From: an uncultured Nitrososphaeraceae archaeon
GTDB lineage: Archaea > Thermoproteota > Nitrososphaeria > Nitrososphaerales > Nitrososphaeraceae
Length of the DNA: 64,000 nucleotides
NCBI GenBank assembly: GCA_963825865.1
Contig: CAWGVG010000008.1
Coordinates: 51,651 to 115,650 of the forward strand
Direction: 5' to 3'
The notes below the pieces were generated by a model that was given only the letters and a program-made list of their open reading frames with translations, made no database searches and had not been told where the DNA came from. Below, one piece after another: positions 34,701-47,200 of the stretch (positions are counted from its first letter, which is position 1; each line of letters begins with the position of its first letter). The translations under genes and the position numbers were made by a program.

Positions 34701-36572
34701 TTGATTCAGACAGCATTTTCGAAGAATAATATTGCTTTACTATTTGTTATTGCAGCTGCTGGAATATCTTTATCTATCCTTTCTTACCAGTATTCTTCTT
34801 TTATCTCCAGTGAAATATCTGAAGCGGCCTCACAAGATGTAAGATTAAACGCCAGAATCGAAGTCTATGATCTTTCAAGACTCTTAGTACGTAGCATAGA
34901 TTCGGTTACCACCAATTTACGAGCACTTGCTAATGGTCCTACAGTACAAGAGAGAAATGAAAGCGCAGGAACACTGATTCTCTTTAATACTGCCCAAGGA
35001 TCTACAAGCGAACTCACTGATGGTTACTACTGGCTCGACCAAGATGGCAAAGTAATAATGTGGAGTAACATGAATAAAACTACATCTCAAAAGTATAAGG
35101 GAGCAGACCTTAGCTCTAAGGAGTATTTTATTATACCAAAAAATACACATACACAATATTACAGTAGCGTGATAGAAACTACGGACAAAGTTCCTAGACT
35201 GTATATATCTTTTCCCATAATCGACAACCAACCTAAAATTGATAACAACACTAGTACTAATATGAAAAGAACTTTCAAAGGTGTCATAGTTGCTGCAATT
35301 AGTGTCAGTACTATAGGCAAATTTTTACAAAATGAACTGTCTCCTCAAATTGAAAGTAATGTAGGATTGATGGACAAAAATGGCATAATCTTGTATGCCA
35401 AAAATCAAATGGTAATTGGCAGGGAATATTTATCAAATGAATTCCAATCATTGATTCCTCCTGGGATAAAAAATCAATATAATAGCATCCTAAGCCGCTC
35501 ATTAGAAGGCAAATCTGGTGCAGAAGACATTGCATTTCGTGGTAACACGACTACCATTTCATACCAGCCAGTATTAATTGATGGAAAACATCTATGGACT
35601 TTGTTCATTGGCTCTCCACATATCCTTGCAAGTGATGTTGGTTTTCTGATAAACCAGCAAAAGAACTTTAGCACACTCATGGTGATAATAATCGGAGTCA
35701 TAGCGGTTGGCATTGCATTTCTCATCCTCTCTTGGAATAAAAGGTTGGAAGCCGCTGTAAATACAAGGACTGCGGAGTTAAAGAGAGCAAACGCCTCTTT
35801 AACGGACTCAAATAAATTGCTTGCAACAGCCAATGAACAGCTGAAAGTTCACGATAAAATGCAGAAAGAATTTATCAACATAGCTGCTCATGAGTTACGT
35901 ACTCCAATTATGCCTATACTGGGAGAAGTGGAGTATATTGGGCATCAATTTGACCACAAAAAGCAAACGGTCGAAGTAGAAAAAGATCAGGTTATGTTAA
36001 TTATTCGTAATGCCAAAAGGTTAGAACGGCTTGCGTCAGACATCTTAGATGTTACAAAAATAGAGAGTCAATCATTGAAGCTAAATAAAGAACAATTTAA
36101 TCTAAAAGATATATTATCAGATACTGTACAAGATATCCGAAACCACATAGTAAGTGATAATGGAAGTGGAAATTATGTTGAAGTAGTTTATAAACCTAAA
36201 GACATTATTGTACAAGCAGACAAAGGAAGGATAACTCAAGTTATTTATAATCTTCTGAGCAACGCTGTTAAATTCACCGAAGAAGGAGATATTTGTGTCT
36301 ATGCAGAAAAGAAAGATGATCAGGTCGTTATTAGTATAAAGGATACTGGCAAAGGGATAGATCCTGAAATATCACCAAGGCTATTTTCAAAATTTGTTAC
36401 AAAATCAGACAAGGGTACCGGCCTCGGATTGTTTATTTCCAAAAGTATTGTGCAAGCTCATGGTGGCAAGATATGGGCACAAAACAATGCTGATAATATA
36501 GGAGCTACATTTGCTTTTAATCTACCTGTTAGAATGTTAGGCAGTAATAATAATAAATTAGATTCGAGATAA
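34701..36572 (+). CDS. membrane sensor histidine kinase with an extracellular Cache-type domain
   Basis: 2 TM; AAHELRTP, NLLSNAVKF, DTGKG, GTGLGL. Confidence 0.92.
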   Translation: MIQTAFSKNNIALLFVIAAAGISLSILSYQYSSFISSEISEAASQDVRLNARIEVYDLSRLLVRSIDSVTTNLRALANGPTVQERNESAGTLILFNTAQGSTSELTDGYYWLDQDGKVIMWSNMNKTTSQKYKGADLSSKEYFIIPKNTHTQYYSSVIETTDKVPRLYISFPIIDNQPKIDNNTSTNMKRTFKGVIVAAISVSTIGKFLQNELSPQIESNVGLMDKNGIILYAKNQMVIGREYLSNEFQSLIPPGIKNQYNSILSRSLEGKSGAEDIAFRGNTTTISYQPVLIDGKHLWTLFIGSPHILASDVGFLINQQKNFSTLMVIIIGVIAVGIAFLILSWNKRLEAAVNTRTAELKRANASLTDSNKLLATANEQLKVHDKMQKEFINIAAHELRTPIMPILGEVEYIGHQFDHKKQTVEVEKDQVMLIIRNAKRLERLASDILDVTKIESQSLKLNKEQFNLKDILSDTVQDIRNHIVSDNGSGNYVEVVYKPKDIIVQADKGRITQVIYNLLSNAVKFTEEGDICVYAEKKDDQVVISIKDTGKGIDPEISPRLFSKFVTKSDKGTGLGLFISKSIVQAHGGKIWAQNNADNIGATFAFNLPVRMLGSNNNKLDSR

Positions 36573-36669
36573 TTGTATATAATTTGCATTTGATATTTTA
36601 ATTATTAGGATTATGAATATTTTAATTGCATGCGACTAAAAAAAGCTTCATAACTGACTGGATTCGATT

Positions 36670-39600
36670 CTATTCCACATAGATTTTTAATTTTCTACCG
36701 TCAAGGTCTATTACTTTATAATTAATTTTATCCATAGTCTCTTTTAATAATACTATGGATTTAACTCTAACAAGATACATCAATTCGTCTCTCGATGAGG
36801 ACAAACCAGATATTTCTTCATCTTCTAGATTAGCAATGGATGCTGTTGAAAGAATATCTGTTGGAGTGTATCCACGCTCTTTTCGCAGCTGCTGCAAGTT
36901 CCTTGCTAGATCTCGCAGTAGGCCTTTTGTAGTTAGGCTTTTGTCGCGCGTTGTGGAGATAAAAACTATAGTATTATCCCTCTCTGACATAACGTATCCC
37001 GGTGATACACCATATGATAATTCCAGATCACTTAACGAAATTTCTATTTCTGCTCCTTCATATGAAAGAACGTATTTTCCGCCAGAAGATTGCAAGGATT
37101 CCAGCAGTTCCAATTTGTTAATTTTTTCAAACCGTTCTATCACCTTACCCATATTTGCCTTTACTTGAGGTGCAATATTTTTCCTTACAAGTTTGATGTC
37201 GAGAACAATTGGCATTTTGTTTTCCAATAAACTTAATATTTTTTGTAGCTCTGTTTTGTCGCAAATCTCTACAATGGTACAATTCTCAACATTTAGCTGA
37301 TTCTTCAACGTATTTGAAATACCTTCAACAGTCAGAAACGTTAGATCAGATGAACAAATTAGAGCCTGTTTTACGGGCCAGCGTCTTTTCAATTGAGCTT
37401 TCATCCTTGCGCTATTTGCAAGCGATACAACTTCTTTTGATTTGTCAAAAGCATCTTCGACGTTGGTATTAACAAGTTTATTATCGTACCTTGGCCAACT
37501 TTCAAGGAGAAGACTTCTTCTACTTACAAAGCAAGTCAAATAAAGATATTCTGTAATAAATGGCGATAATGGATAGAGCATTATATCTATTTGCTTCAGA
37601 GTATATCCTAATACAGAGTAAATTGCGAGTCTGTGATTGAGAGTTTCTTCACTGTCATCCCAAATATCATTTCTGGTGACTGGAACATATGTTTGACTTA
37701 GGTTGTTAATTATAAATTCTTCAATTGCCTTTGCACCCTCATGGAACCTGCACTTTTCGAAAGCTACAGTGACTAGTTTAATTAATCTCTGCAGCTTTGA
37801 CAAAAGCCATACTTCGGATAAACCAAGCAAATTATTATCAAGAACCCATTTGATATGTTGTTTCTCTTGTTCGAATTTATCGAAGATACTATTCTGCTTA
37901 AGGTAGACATGCAGATAGTATAAAGTGCTCATGACTTGATATGGCCTTGATTTCATTTCTTGAAGACTAAAGTTCAGTGACTCTATAGGCGATGATTTCC
38001 ACATAAAATAAAATCTTACTAAATCAACCGAATTCTGCCCGAGTAACTTGTGTGCATCTAGAACATTTCCCACACTTTTACTCATCTTGTTACCTTTTTC
38101 ATCCAGTACATGGCCCTGAAACAGGAACGATCTAAAAGGCGCAACTGCACTTTGAGTCAAAATAACATTTTCTATCAAAAGGGTATAAGCCCATCCTCTT
38201 GTTTGATCAATTCCTTCGGTAAGGAAGACAGCAGGAATCAGACTTTGATATTCTTGATCAGTAAGCGATGCATATGGCGCCGCTCCACTATTATGCCATG
38301 TATCCAGAACAAAAGGCTCCCTTTGCATATTTGCTCCACATTTTTCACATTTTGTTTCGATCCTATCAATCCATGGGCGGTGTAATTCAAATCCAGGACC
38401 ATCTGGAAGATTAATTGCTTTCCTTATGATTTCATCTCTTGAAGACATTAGATCTTTATATCCACATTTGCTACAAGACCAGATGGGAAGTGGCGTCCCC
38501 CAGATACGTTCCCTTGAAATGCACCACGGCACTTTCTCCTTGATAATTTCTAAAAATCTGTTTTTTGGAGGTTCAAAGAAATATTCTACCTTCTGGGCTC
38601 GCCTCTAAGGGTTTAGTGTTAAGTTTCTCTATCATATAAAAATATTCTCGTCTAGCAAGCCACACTACCCTATGATGGGAACGCCAGCATAGAGGATATT
38701 GATGCTTCATCTTGCCTATTTTTACAAGTGCTCCAGCTTCTTTTATTGCTTCTACGACTTTACAGTCAGAATCTCTAACAAAAAGATCTTTGAACACACC
38801 CGCTTTTTCTGTAAAAAAAACTCTTTCATCTATAGGCACAAAAATTGGCACATTTCTTTTAACGGCAATTTCAAAATCTTCTTCCCCATTAGCAGGAGAT
38901 AAGTGCACGATGCCACTGCCAGTAGCAGTATCTACAAATTCTTCAGCCACAACGAAATGAATAGAGTTAGTGCTTACTAATTCATTTAACCCGGGTACAA
39001 GATGTAGTAATGGATGAATGTATCGTTTACTATCAAGCTCTTTACCATGAATTTTTTTTTCAATTGTAAATTCTTCTATATGCAATTCTTTCATAAAATC
39101 TGCTAATCTGTCTTCGCCAACTATCCACATTTCGTCGTTAACTTTGAGATAAACATAAATCGCAGTTGGATTAACACCCACCATCTCATCTGTAATAACT
39201 GTAAATGGCATTGTTGTCCAGACTATCAAAAAAGCATTTTCGTCAGACAACCTGATTTTGTAATAAAGTGAAGGATCTTCAACGGTTTCATACTCTTGAT
39301 TAACTTCAGCGTTGCTGAGAGAAGTCTGACATGAAGGACAATATGCAACTACTCTGAACCATTCCTTGAGAATTCCACTCTCCCAAGCTCTCTTTAGATA
39401 TTGCCATTCTCTTTCAATATACATATCATAAAACGTCCAGTATGCTTTTTCGTAATTAAATGACATGCCTAGTAGTTTGTCAGCGCTAATCCATTTGTCA
39501 TTATTTTTTTGGATTAATTTCTTGCAGGTTTCTACAATTTTTTCTATTCCAACTTTTTTGATGTTATCTATCTTGTTTCCTGTTAATCCTAACTCCTTTT

Positions 39601-39885
39601 CAGCCTGTAATTCTACAGGTAAACCTTGGGTGTCCCAGCCTGCTCTGAAAATTACTTTTTTTTTTGAAGAGTATTAAAACGGTACCATAGATCTTTAATT
39701 ATACGCCCTCTTAAATGTCCAGCATGCGGTTCACCATTCATTGTTGGAGGGCCTTCAATGTAGCCAACTAAATCATCACAATCAAGAAGCTCCTTTTCCA
39801 AACTAGCTCCCAAATTGATATTATCCAGGTAACTACGAATTTCGGTTTCGATTGCCTTACCATCGAATTTACCTTGAAGTTCCAT
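36670..39885 (-). CDS. ileS: isoleucine--tRNA ligase (two indels)
   Basis: [52 protein letters not shown]. Confidence 0.95.
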
Positions 39886-40237
39886 ATATACAAAAACCAA
39901 TCTTATCACCTGTGTTTATATTTTTGGTTAGCCTCTTTGAGAATGTCAAGCGTTTCTCTGTGACTTTGGTATTAATAGCGTAGTGTTATTGAAGTCACCT
40001 CTGGATAGGGGATCGGATCCAGAGATTTGAAATTTATATCTACATACAGGAATTGTTGCGATTTAAGAAACTCACCGATTAATTCTTGAAATTATATATT
40101 TTAAGTTAGAAAATATATGCTAGCAAATCAGCATTTATTTTGTGCTCACTGATTAGACTATACAATGGGCACATTTTATATTTTTGAAAGTGATATAGGA
40201 TGCCAATAGACTCCACAATAGAAATATATTTTAAGTA

Positions 40238-40795
40238 ATGCTCGTACCTTGTGAAGAATTGAATATCATAAATAAAGTAAAACCAGGTAAAAACCCTCCG
40301 CATGAAATTAATGCAGTAATAGAAATTCCGCAAGGTAGCAGTATCAAATATGAAATAGATGCTGAAAGTGGCGCACTCTTTGTAGACCGAAAATTGTTTA
40401 CTGCCATGGTTTATCCTAGCAACTACGGTTTTATTCCACAGACTAAAGAAGACGATGGGGACCCGTTAGATGTCATCGTACTTGGAAATGATCCTGTAAT
40501 ACCCATGTCAATAATCCGCGCTCATCCCATTGGAGTATTATTAACTGAAGATGAAGAAGGCAAGGATTCAAAAATTATTGCAGTCCCTAATACAAAATTA
40601 GATCCAAGTTTTTCGACTGTTACAGATATCAGCGATATTCCTGAACATGTACGTGACCAGATCAAGCATTTCTTTGAGCACTACAAGGAACTAGAAAAGG
40701 GAAAATATGTCAAAGTAATAGGATGGGAAGGTAAAGAAGTTGCAAAGAGAAAAATTTCTGAAGCAATAGAAAGATACAAGAAAGCAGCGATCTAA
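40238..40795 (+). CDS. ppa: inorganic pyrophosphatase
   Basis: YPSNYGFIP, DGDPLDV, FFEHYKELE. Confidence 0.95.
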   Translation: MLVPCEELNIINKVKPGKNPPHEINAVIEIPQGSSIKYEIDAESGALFVDRKLFTAMVYPSNYGFIPQTKEDDGDPLDVIVLGNDPVIPMSIIRAHPIGVLLTEDEEGKDSKIIAVPNTKLDPSFSTVTDISDIPEHVRDQIKHFFEHYKELEKGKYVKVIGWEGKEVAKRKISEAIERYKKAAI

Positions 40796-42043
40796 AGTGC
40801 CCTAAACTGATCATTCCACCTCATATAACCTCCCATCATAGTCGTGCTGACACTTGGTTTTCTTATGACAAAAATTTCCTTAAAGTCGACTACGGTAATG
40901 GCTCTTGGATTTGCTTCTGCTTCCATAGCTTTTCCACTTTCGAACAATTCGTTGACAACTCTAAGTTGGGCTGACTGGCATATATCTTTGATATCGCTTG
41001 CACTGTACCCTTCAGCCAGCTTTGCAAGCTCTTCAGTTTTCAATAAGCTTTCTTTTTTCAATGGTGCAGTATATTGATTGAATAAATTGGTTCTTGAAGC
41101 ATAATCTGGAAGAGTAACGTAAATTCGCTTTTGGAATCTTCTGAGGAAACCAGTCTCTAAACTCCATGGCTTATTAGTTGCGCCAATAACATACAGTTGT
41201 GATTCCTTTGATTTTCCGTTAATTCCATCCATTTCAGTCAGAAACTGATTCTTTACTCTAACTTCTCCCCCAACCTCGCTGTTTCTTGTACCTAATAATG
41301 AATCAATCTCATCTATGAAAAGCAATACTGGAACATTTTCAGTTTCATTAAGTTTGCGTGCCATGACAAATAATTTTGATACATTCTTTTCTGCTTCTCC
41401 TAACCATTTGCTCATCATAGAAGCTGCATCAACGTTGATAAAGTAACCATCAATTTCCGCTGCCTGCCGCTGCTGCAAGCAAAGTCTTGCCGCATCCTGG
41501 TGGACCATAGAGTAGAATGCCTCTTGGCCAGCCAAGAGGGAACAAATCTGGTCTTTTTGTTGGATACACAATAGATTCTCTTAAAATGCGTTTTGCATCC
41601 TCCAGACCAATAACTTCTTTCCAAGAGACCTCTGGTCTTTCTTTCATTACAAGGTCGTCAAAGTCAGCTTTTAACGTTTCAACGTTGCCACTCGGTTTTG
41701 AAGGCTCAGATTGTCCTCTAGCTTTACCATTACCATTCATTGTTTGAGTTTTTTCCGGAAGTTCGTTAACAATGGATGTTCTTTCTTCATCAAGACCATG
41801 TGACATTTGTAATGCTTTGACTCTGTTTTGATAGGCACCTGCCCTTTCCATGTAGACTTTATTTAATTTGTATTCAGGATAAATCTGAACTAATTTGACA
41901 AGTGCCTCGATAGCATGTTGATAAGATTGAATAGCCATGCCGCGTGAGCCTTGGGAATCTAGCCTAATTGCCTCTGCAGCATATTTACTCGCGCTATTTT
42001 CTAATTCCTGTGGAGCTAAACTCATATGATTATTACCGTTCAA
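40792..42043 (-). CDS. cdvC: CdvC/Vps4 AAA ATPase with MIT domain (indel near 41465)
   Basis: N-terminal MIT helices, GPPGCGKT, FIDEID, ATNKPW, LRRF. Confidence 0.92.
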
Positions 42044-42420
42044 CTGAGATTGAAAATATGTTTGAATTACTACGGTGTAAATCTATATTGTGTAAGAAAC
42101 AAAATAATTTGCACTAAATGTCAACAGCAAGTTTTCTAGTACCTTTAATTGTCTATTCTCTCGTGTTAATCTTGTTATTAGGCTACGAATCTCCCTAAAT
42201 CTAGTAGAACTTTTTTATCTTTGTTATTAAACTTTTCATTTTAAGATATGATATCTAATGAATTTTTTATTTCTGAAACTTTATTTTCATGTCTCGTTTC
42301 TTGCTATAAATTTTAATCTCGACAAATTAGTTAATCTACAGCGTTACTGTAAATATAAAAATGACAAAATTAGAATTTATTATGCGCTTTCGAAGATTTG
42401 CTTACTTTTAGTAAAGCTTT

Positions 42421-43041
42421 TTATAAGACAGAGGAAAGACTAGGTAAGTCAGGCAGTTGTTCTTTGATTTTTTGCTCTGCAATTAATGATGCTTCGTTTA
42501 TCATACGAACCGCTTCCTCGTTTGCTGTTTTAAAGTTTATTGTGTAGTTTCCAACTAGACCTGCATCGACAAGAATTCCCGCTAATAGTTCAGAAACCAA
42601 TCCTATTTCGTCCTCCGTTTCTGGCATACATCGGATTAGAGAAGATCGAAGATTCTTTACAACAGCCAGTGCGGGACTCAATATGGTAACTAAATCTACA
42701 AAATCTGACACTGTGCTCAAATTATTTTCCAATTCCTCAAAGAGTATTTTTGATATACTCAATATCTTGCTTACTTTTCTTATCTGCGCCAAGTCTGATA
42801 AAAGTACCGCAGAATATTGAGCATGATCTACATCAGTTGAAGATACTATCTTTCGAAATATTTCACGGTCTTTTGATTTTAGATCGTTGAGAATGGTGTC
42901 AATTTTGGAAGTCTGAAGATGTATTTGTTTGAGAACTACATCAATTCTCGGTTTTAATGGAATACCGTATTTTGCTGAATTAGATTTAATATTCTCTTCT
43001 AACATCGATTCTGATTTTACCCATTTTGATTTAGATTGCAT
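42421..43041 (-). CDS. cdvB: CdvB / ESCRT-III (Snf7) family protein
   Basis: PLKPRI...IF.KIV...LAQIRK...DLVTILSPA..VVK; adjacent to cdvC. Confidence 0.8.
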   Translation of the reverse strand: MQSKSKWVKSESMLEENIKSNSAKYGIPLKPRIDVVLKQIHLQTSKIDTILNDLKSKDREIFRKIVSSTDVDHAQYSAVLLSDLAQIRKVSKILSISKILFEELENNLSTVSDFVDLVTILSPALAVVKNLRSSLIRCMPETEDEIGLVSELLAGILVDAGLVGNYTINFKTANEEAVRMINEASLIAEQKIKEQLPDLPSLSSVL

Positions 43042-43210
43042 GATTTTTCATACACCTTGTTTTTCTAGATATGTTTCCAACATAATACCGTATATGTACT
43101 GAAATATTTTGTAACTACGGTAACATTACTCCATTGGGACAGCTCAGTATTTTTTTGAACTTTGATCCAATCTATTTGACTATTATCACCTTTACCTTTA
43201 ATTAAAAACC

Positions 43211-44407
43211 ATGTTGATACTTTCCATGTATAAATTATATAATAGCACTGATCTTGTCGGAAATCTGGAAGAATTCGGTTTATCGAAATATGAGGCAAAG
43301 GCATACCTTACGATGATTGACAAGGGGTCACTTGCCGCTAGTGAAATAGCATATTATTCAAATCTTCCCCGTACAAAGGTGTATCCTACATTGAAGAAAT
43401 TAGAGAAGAAGAAATTGTCTGCAATTTCTCAAAAAAAGCCATTAATTTGTAGTGCCATTCCTCCTGAAGAAGCGTTTGGTGAGATAGTAGAACTTCATGA
43501 ACGACGATTAAAGAACATGAAAAAGATTGTAGACAAATTACGAAGAATAAATGAAGAAGGACAAAACCCAACAGGTTCGGAAGAAAGAAGATATTTGGTA
43601 ATCGATCCGAAGTCTGCATTAGAAAAAGTTGGAAACCTTATTGCAAGTTCCAAATCTTCAATAAGCGCTATTCTTGATGTGTGGGGTATAAGACTAATTT
43701 CTCAATGCAAATTATCGCTCATAAGAGCAGTTACTAATGGAATAAAAATCAGGTTAGTAATAGCAAATCAGTGTATTGGAAATGAAAGTCTTTTTTTATT
43801 ACCTGAAGGCATTGATTTGAAAATTGGAAATGCTTCCTCAAATATAATAATTATTGATTCTAATAAAATGATATCAGTGGATAGTAGTAATGGAAAAGCC
43901 GCTGTTTTTACATCTATGGATATTTTTGGATTATCACAGTTAAGAAATTTTGAGGAGCAATGGAGCAATGCGATGGAGGTCAAACATATAATTGATACAG
44001 AGCCAGGTATTGCATTGCAGGCAATGCAGTTAACGAAGATAATTGAAAATGGATTCCTTTCTTGTATGTTCACGTATGCAATTAATCCATATATAGACTC
44101 TTCTGCCATATTGATCAATTCAATGGAAAAATGCGGTATAAAAGTATCAGATACAACTGTCAATAAAATATTAAATATTATTGATTCTGCGTTGAGAATG
44201 ACCTATTCTGGTGGCTTAAAGTATGACAAAAGCAACAATATAATTAGCATTCAATCAAAAATCGACAATAAACCTGTTTTGCCTTGGGCATTTTTGCTTA
44301 CTTCATATTTTAACCACATAGGTAATGAATCAAAGATAATGCAGAACTCTAAGCAAAGCCCAAATTCTGAAATAGTTCATATTAAGCTATCAAAGCCTAT
44401 TTCTTAA
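43211..44407 (+). CDS. TrmB-family transcriptional regulator
   Basis: LEEFGLSKYEAKAY...LPRTKVYPTLKKL. Confidence 0.88.
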   Translation: MLILSMYKLYNSTDLVGNLEEFGLSKYEAKAYLTMIDKGSLAASEIAYYSNLPRTKVYPTLKKLEKKKLSAISQKKPLICSAIPPEEAFGEIVELHERRLKNMKKIVDKLRRINEEGQNPTGSEERRYLVIDPKSALEKVGNLIASSKSSISAILDVWGIRLISQCKLSLIRAVTNGIKIRLVIANQCIGNESLFLLPEGIDLKIGNASSNIIIIDSNKMISVDSSNGKAAVFTSMDIFGLSQLRNFEEQWSNAMEVKHIIDTEPGIALQAMQLTKIIENGFLSCMFTYAINPYIDSSAILINSMEKCGIKVSDTTVNKILNIIDSALRMTYSGGLKYDKSNNIISIQSKIDNKPVLPWAFLLTSYFNHIGNESKIMQNSKQSPNSEIVHIKLSKPIS

Positions 44408-45263
44408 TTGTATCGAATGGTTTAAACGCATTAGGTAAGTCTTCTATCAAATCAGTCGCTAGCATGTGCAGACCTACTCGCTTGTATGCCAAATTCCCCG
44501 CTACTCCATTGAAATAAACACCCAGAATAGAAGCATCAAAAGGTTTCAACTTGGCAAGCAGGCCTACTACAACGCCAGATAATACATCGCCTGTTCCTCC
44601 CACTGTCATTGCACAGTTATGTAATTTATTTACAGCAACGCGTTCACCGTCAGAAACTATATCAACCCTTCCTTTGAGGATAATCGTAATACCATATTCT
44701 TTTGCAAGCCTCTGAACATTAGAAATTTGTTCCTTTTCAGTCAATCCAATATCCTCCTCGAAGATTCTTTTATACTCTCCTGCATGAGGAGTAATAATTG
44801 TACCGGTTCCTGAAATTTCTTTTAGAATCAATGGAATTAGAGCTGAAGCATCCAGTAACAATTTCGTGCCGCCATTTTTCAGTTGTTTTATCAATGCAAT
44901 TAATGCCTTCGGTTCTGCTATACTCATACCCATTCCTATCGCAGCAGTATTGGGTTTTTTCGGAATGATCGCTACAAGCCTGTTAGCCGATCCCATAGTC
45001 AATTTATCGTCAGGAAGAGGCAATGCTATGATATTTGGAGAAAAGGATCTGATGGCTATTATATTTGATCTTGGAACTGCTGTATACAGAAGATCAATGC
45101 CTGATCTCAAGCGAGCCATCGAAGTAAGTAAAGGTGCTCCATGATAAATCCTGCTTCCGCCTACAACTAGAACTGTACCGTTATCACCTTTTTTAGAAGA
45201 TGCTAGACGTGGAATCACATGATCTTTTACAACCTTGGCAGATACTGTCACTATTTTTGGCAA
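44397..45263 (-). CDS. nnrD: ADP-dependent NAD(P)H-hydrate dehydratase
   Basis: KGDNG.VLVVGGS..YHGAP, ITPHAGE, GGTGDVLSG. Confidence 0.9.
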   Translation of the reverse strand: MPKIVTVSAKVVKDHVIPRLASSKKGDNGTVLVVGGSRIYHGAPLLTSMARLRSGIDLLYTAVPRSNIIAIRSFSPNIIALPLPDDKLTMGSANRLVAIIPKKPNTAAIGMGMSIAEPKALIALIKQLKNGGTKLLLDASALIPLILKEISGTGTIITPHAGEYKRIFEEDIGLTEKEQISNVQRLAKEYGITIILKGRVDIVSDGERVAVNKLHNCAMTVGGTGDVLSGVVVGLLAKLKPFDASILGVYFNGVAGNLAYKRVGLHMLATDLIEDLPNAFKPFDTIKK

Positions 45264-45418
45264 TTAAATGTTATAACTTGTAGATCCACGAATAAACTTT
45301 ACCGAAAATATCAGCAGATATTTTGATTAGTCTATAATATAATAGTTTTCAACTAGTTTCTGTAGTCGACAACATGCCTTGGGAAAAAATACGAACTGAC
45401 TCATCTCACATGTTTAAC

Positions 45419-45922
45419 TTACTTAGACAAGATTTTAAATCTACGTCTAAGTTTATTTCCACAAAGCATGCATTCCCTCATATCCGGCGAGTAAGCTTTA
45501 CCACATGCATTACAAAAGGTAACCCATTTCCTAACTTTCGTAATTCCTTTAGTTCCCATAGTTTTAATTGGAATCCTTAATAGTGTTGCAATATTTTCTA
45601 TTGCATAATCATCTGAAATTAAAGTTATTTTTAACTGTAATGCAAGACTTAGTATTGAAAGATCTGCCGGTGAGAGTTTAGAATAATCTCCTGTTCTTCT
45701 TGCAATTTCAATAATTTTCTCCAAAAATTGTTCCTCAGGATCTATTATTTTTAAATTACCTGCATCTATTAGAGATTCTAATGCAGAATACGATTTTTTT
45801 ATATGTATTACTTCCTTAAGAACTAAATTTGTCGTATAGCATCTTGACGAAGACAGAAAAGGAGTACCTGCATAAAATGCACTTGCATCTAGAATGAATT
45901 CGCTAGAATCCAAGTTTCGCAA
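45419..45922 (-). CDS. nob1: Nob1-family PIN endonuclease with zinc ribbon
   Basis: ILDASAF, LSPAD, SDDYAIEN, CNAC...CMLCG. Confidence 0.88.
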   Translation of the reverse strand: MRNLDSSEFILDASAFYAGTPFLSSSRCYTTNLVLKEVIHIKKSYSALESLIDAGNLKIIDPEEQFLEKIIEIARRTGDYSKLSPADLSILSLALQLKITLISDDYAIENIATLLRIPIKTMGTKGITKVRKWVTFCNACGKAYSPDMRECMLCGNKLRRRFKILSK

Positions 45923-46721
45923 GCTGTCTCATTCCTCTTTTTCTGAGGCGGATGAATTGAGCATCAATTGAGAAACGAGAAATCTTCACAATTTGCTCTG
46001 CAGTAACTTTGATTATTTCTTGACCGTCTATTGTTAGCAGAGTGTCATGGGTGCTTTTAATTTCAATTTCTCCAGTCGGAATAACCAGTTGTGGCATTCT
46101 ATTGACTGATGCAATGGGACTCAGTATCAAACAGTTTAGGCCCTCGTGTAAAACAGGACCACCAATTGAAAATGAGTGCCCCGTTGAACCAGTAGGTGTA
46201 GAAATTATTATACCATCCATTCTCTGCTTTATCTCATCACCCATCAATTTTATGGATAGCATTGGTGTTCTAGTCAAATTTACCCTTGTAAACAGAATAT
46301 CATTCAATGCAGGGGGGAATAAGTTTCCATTAATAGAGGCCTGTATTCTCAAACGTAAATCATAAGAAAACTGACCTGCAAGTATAGCACAGATAGCATC
46401 ATCTATTGAATCTACTCCTACTTCTGACAATATACCTCTGTGTCCGCCTACGTTTATACTAAAAATTGGAGTATTACAGGGAATAATTCTAAATGCTCGT
46501 AAGGTGGTACCGTCTCCCCCTATTGCAAAAATAAAATTAAGATCAACATTTTTTAGATCTTCCAGGGTTACAGATATACCATTGTCAATCCTCAACGGCA
46601 AAATAGAATATACCTTGATTTTTCTAGTAGTCAGTAACTTTGTAATTGTGGTTGCCGCTTTTTCAGCTTCACTACTGTTAGTTTTCGTAATTATGGCCAC
46701 CCTGTTAATTGCTTTAGCCAT
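45903..46721 (-). CDS. nadK: NAD kinase
   Basis: GGDGT, ALND, DGIIISTPTGSTGH. Confidence 0.93.
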   Translation of the reverse strand: MAKAINRVAIITKTNSSEAEKAATTITKLLTTRKIKVYSILPLRIDNGISVTLEDLKNVDLNFIFAIGGDGTTLRAFRIIPCNTPIFSINVGGHRGILSEVGVDSIDDAICAILAGQFSYDLRLRIQASINGNLFPPALNDILFTRVNLTRTPMLSIKLMGDEIKQRMDGIIISTPTGSTGHSFSIGGPVLHEGLNCLILSPIASVNRMPQLVIPTGEIEIKSTHDTLLTIDGQEIIKVTAEQIVKISRFSIDAQFIRLRKRGMRQLAKLGF

Positions 46722-47054
46722 CTAGTCGCATTATCTATGCATCTTGCTAGTCTTAAATGCATTTAGAATTAATCGGAACTCCTCCTGGTTCAAGCCCAAA
46801 ATTCGCAATTAAAACATATTACCCAAGATAGCTCAAATATTTTATAAAAAAGTATCAAAATTTTACATTATCAGATAAAAGCTTGAACTGCAGATGTCAA
46901 TTATCTTAAGTATCTTATAGATCTCAGAATTGGCATAAGAAGTTAGTAATAGAAGAAACTATAAAAGCAAATGTACAGGTAAAGTTAGAATGAATTGTAC
47001 CAGGTCTTCTAGTCCAACCCACAGATTAAATACCTTGATTTTTAAGAATTCCAC

Positions 47055-47128
47055 GGGCCGATAGCTCAGCTTGGTGGAGCGTTCGACTGATAATCGAAAG
47101 GTCAAGGGTTCAACTCCCTTTCGGCCCA
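47055..47128 (+). tRNA. tRNA-Ile(GAU), no intron
   Basis: GGGCCGA/TCGGCCC acceptor stem; TTCGA-CTGATAA-TCGAA anticodon arm; GGTTCAA T-loop. Confidence 0.95.
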
Positions 47129-47200
47129 CTAACTACATGGGTTCATATATTTCCATTAGGTACTATACAATAGTACAATTAACGAGGCTATGAGAAAACC

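Noticed and set aside
33102-38960. Long opposite-strand ORFs inside rpa, the histidine kinase and ileS
   Set aside because: Typical antisense shadows of real genes with no recognisable motifs
36670-42043. Split ileS and cdvC (also rpa) as pseudogenes or programmed frameshifts
   Set aside because: These are essential genes with all motifs intact, and the breaks are single indels in homopolymers or GCWGC sites, so consensus errors are far more likely
46775-46805. ggttcaagccc as a tRNA fragment
   Set aside because: No T-stem or acceptor pairing
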